A stretch of 63,000 nt of DNA, the filler included, from Bigelowiella natans CCMP2755 (lineage: Eukaryota; Protista; Cercozoa): the NCBI GenBank assembly GCA_000320545.1. It is 8 parts of 8 records of this genome, joined end to end, with 100 filler letters (N's around TTAATTAATTAA, not from the genome) between each part and the next. Parts side by side here need not be neighbours in the genome. Positions count along the whole stretch, not along the records: positions 60,466 to 61,591 come from ADNK01001850.1; positions 61,692 to 63,000 come from ADNK01002260.1; 6 more parts are not named here. One strand, given 5' to 3'. Shown here piece by piece: positions 61,544-63,000 of this stretch. Every line of letters starts with the position of its first letter. Positions within the stretch are counted from its first letter, which is position 1. The notes under the pieces are model-generated. The model saw only the letters and a program-made list of their open reading frames with translations, was not told where the DNA came from and made no database searches. A program made the translations under genes and the position numbers.

Positions 61544-62821
61544 TATCTGTGTGTCGTGTGTGGTAATAATTGCCTCCCCCTCTCTCTCCCTNNNNNNNNN
61601 NNNNNNNNNNNNNNNNNNNNNNNNNNNNNNNNNNNTTAATTAATTAANNNNNNNNNNNNNNNNNNNNNNNNNNNNNNNNNNNNNNNNNNNNAGGGGGGGG
61701 GGGGGAGGGTGGCTGTGTGTGCGATGATGATGATTTTTAATAGTATTCGCTTGTGATAACATGATCGTGGCAACCTTGTTGTTTTTGTGGTGATGGTGAT
61801 GGTGGTGGTGGTGGGTAAATATGGAGGAAGTATCACAAAACTTCCATGACGGGGAAACACAAACACGCGCTGCTATTTCACAGCAGCCTTCTCATCATCC
61901 TCCGTCCCTCTACTTGCAGTAGGCTGATCCTCTCTCCTTTTGTACCTTTCCGTATTTCTCGTACATGTTTAGCAGCTCGTGTTTTTCAGGGACAGCGCCC
62001 ACGGGCTAAACAGTGAGCATCAACGGGAAGGAATGAGGAGGAGGAGGAGGAGGAGGAGGAGGAGGAGATCAAATGAGAAAGAACCTACTCATCAAAGTAA
62101 ACAAGAAAGCGTCGCAGCATATCGCCAAGCCAACCAAAAACTATACGCATATACATAAAAGAAAAATGTATATATTTATTTATATGGTGGAAATAGAGGA
62201 CACGAGAGGATAATGAAAAGGAAAGTTATATGTCAAATTCTCGCCATTCATTATTCTGAATACATGTGAGGAGAAATGGGTGTAAACATCACACTCGCAC
62301 GCTGCCCGCATATCACTAATATACTAGAGAAGTAATCATCATGCTCACATAACATGTAAGACATCCCAATTCTCTCTCTTTCGCAAACATGGTCTTTGCC
62401 ATGCCGTGCGTACGTGTTTGTGTACATAAACAGAAATTATCTGAAATCTGAACAACACCTCATACATATAAGCAAACTCCGCGTCCACATTCTTCTTGAA
62501 TTCTCCATACTAATCGATATTATAACTCATCATTGGATCGTCATCTTTCTCTACGTCGTCATAATCATCATCATCATAGAGAAAAGCAGCAGCAACAACT
62601 ACAACAATAACAACACCATCATCCATCACCACCACAGTCGCCGCCGATCGCCACTTCTTGTTTCACGAAGAAAGGTTAGGAGCATGCTCTTGAGAGATGT
62701 CAGTGGGATTTGACTCTATATCTTACCGCTTCACAATCTTACACGGGTCTTTAGTTGCCGTTAAATTAAATATTTTTTTATGCAAGTGGATTGTATGTTG
62801 TGGCGCAGGAGAGAAGTTATG

Positions 62822-62890
62822 TACCTTAACTCTGGAGAAACCCCCGAAGACAATTATATCTCCGCTTTTCAGCACAGCCTGCTTTATCCT
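62822..62890 (-). CDS. Exon resembling the end of an FHA domain
   Basis: AG-IKQAVLKSGDIIVFGGFSRVK-GT matches the L..GD.I.FG pattern. Confidence 0.35.
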
Positions 62891-62958
62891 GTGGTGTTAC
62901 ATGAAAACAACACGTTGTAGTACAACTAATGGTTCGCACGTACACTCAAACAAGTACA

Positions 62959-63000
<42 letters not shown>

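Overview
Intron-rich eukaryotic (protist-type) nuclear DNA with TTAGGG telomeres. It is made of 8 contigs joined by artificial 100-bp N/TTAATTAATTAA spacers, so adjacency across spacers is not evidence of linkage. Recognisable spliced genes: a tail-anchored coiled-coil protein, a small SRPBCC-like protein, a SAMHD1-like dNTPase (3' part), a DUF924/FSH1 hydrolase/LRR fusion, an AlkB-family dioxygenase, a JmjC protein (3' part), pecanex (PCNX4-like), a CHERP-like SURP/CID protein, a G-protein alpha subunit, a degenerate GlpT/SLC37-like MFS gene, a cyclophilin with a Lys-rich tail and a phage-type RNA polymerase fragment. There is also a chromosome end and two LTR-retrotransposon copies. The main finding is a set of sharply bounded 1-5 kb islands over transposon relics, intergenic repeats and the subtelomere in which the dinucleotide TpA is almost absent, apparently converted to TpG/CpA. 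CTAG is spared, and CpG and ApT remain common. One result is a 771-aa gag-protease ORF with no tyrosine. A young LTR element abutting one island is unaffected. This looks like a repeat-targeted A:T->G:C hypermutation system, the mirror image of fungal RIP. Dinucleotide counts are manual and approximate, and protein identities come from motif recognition, not database searches.
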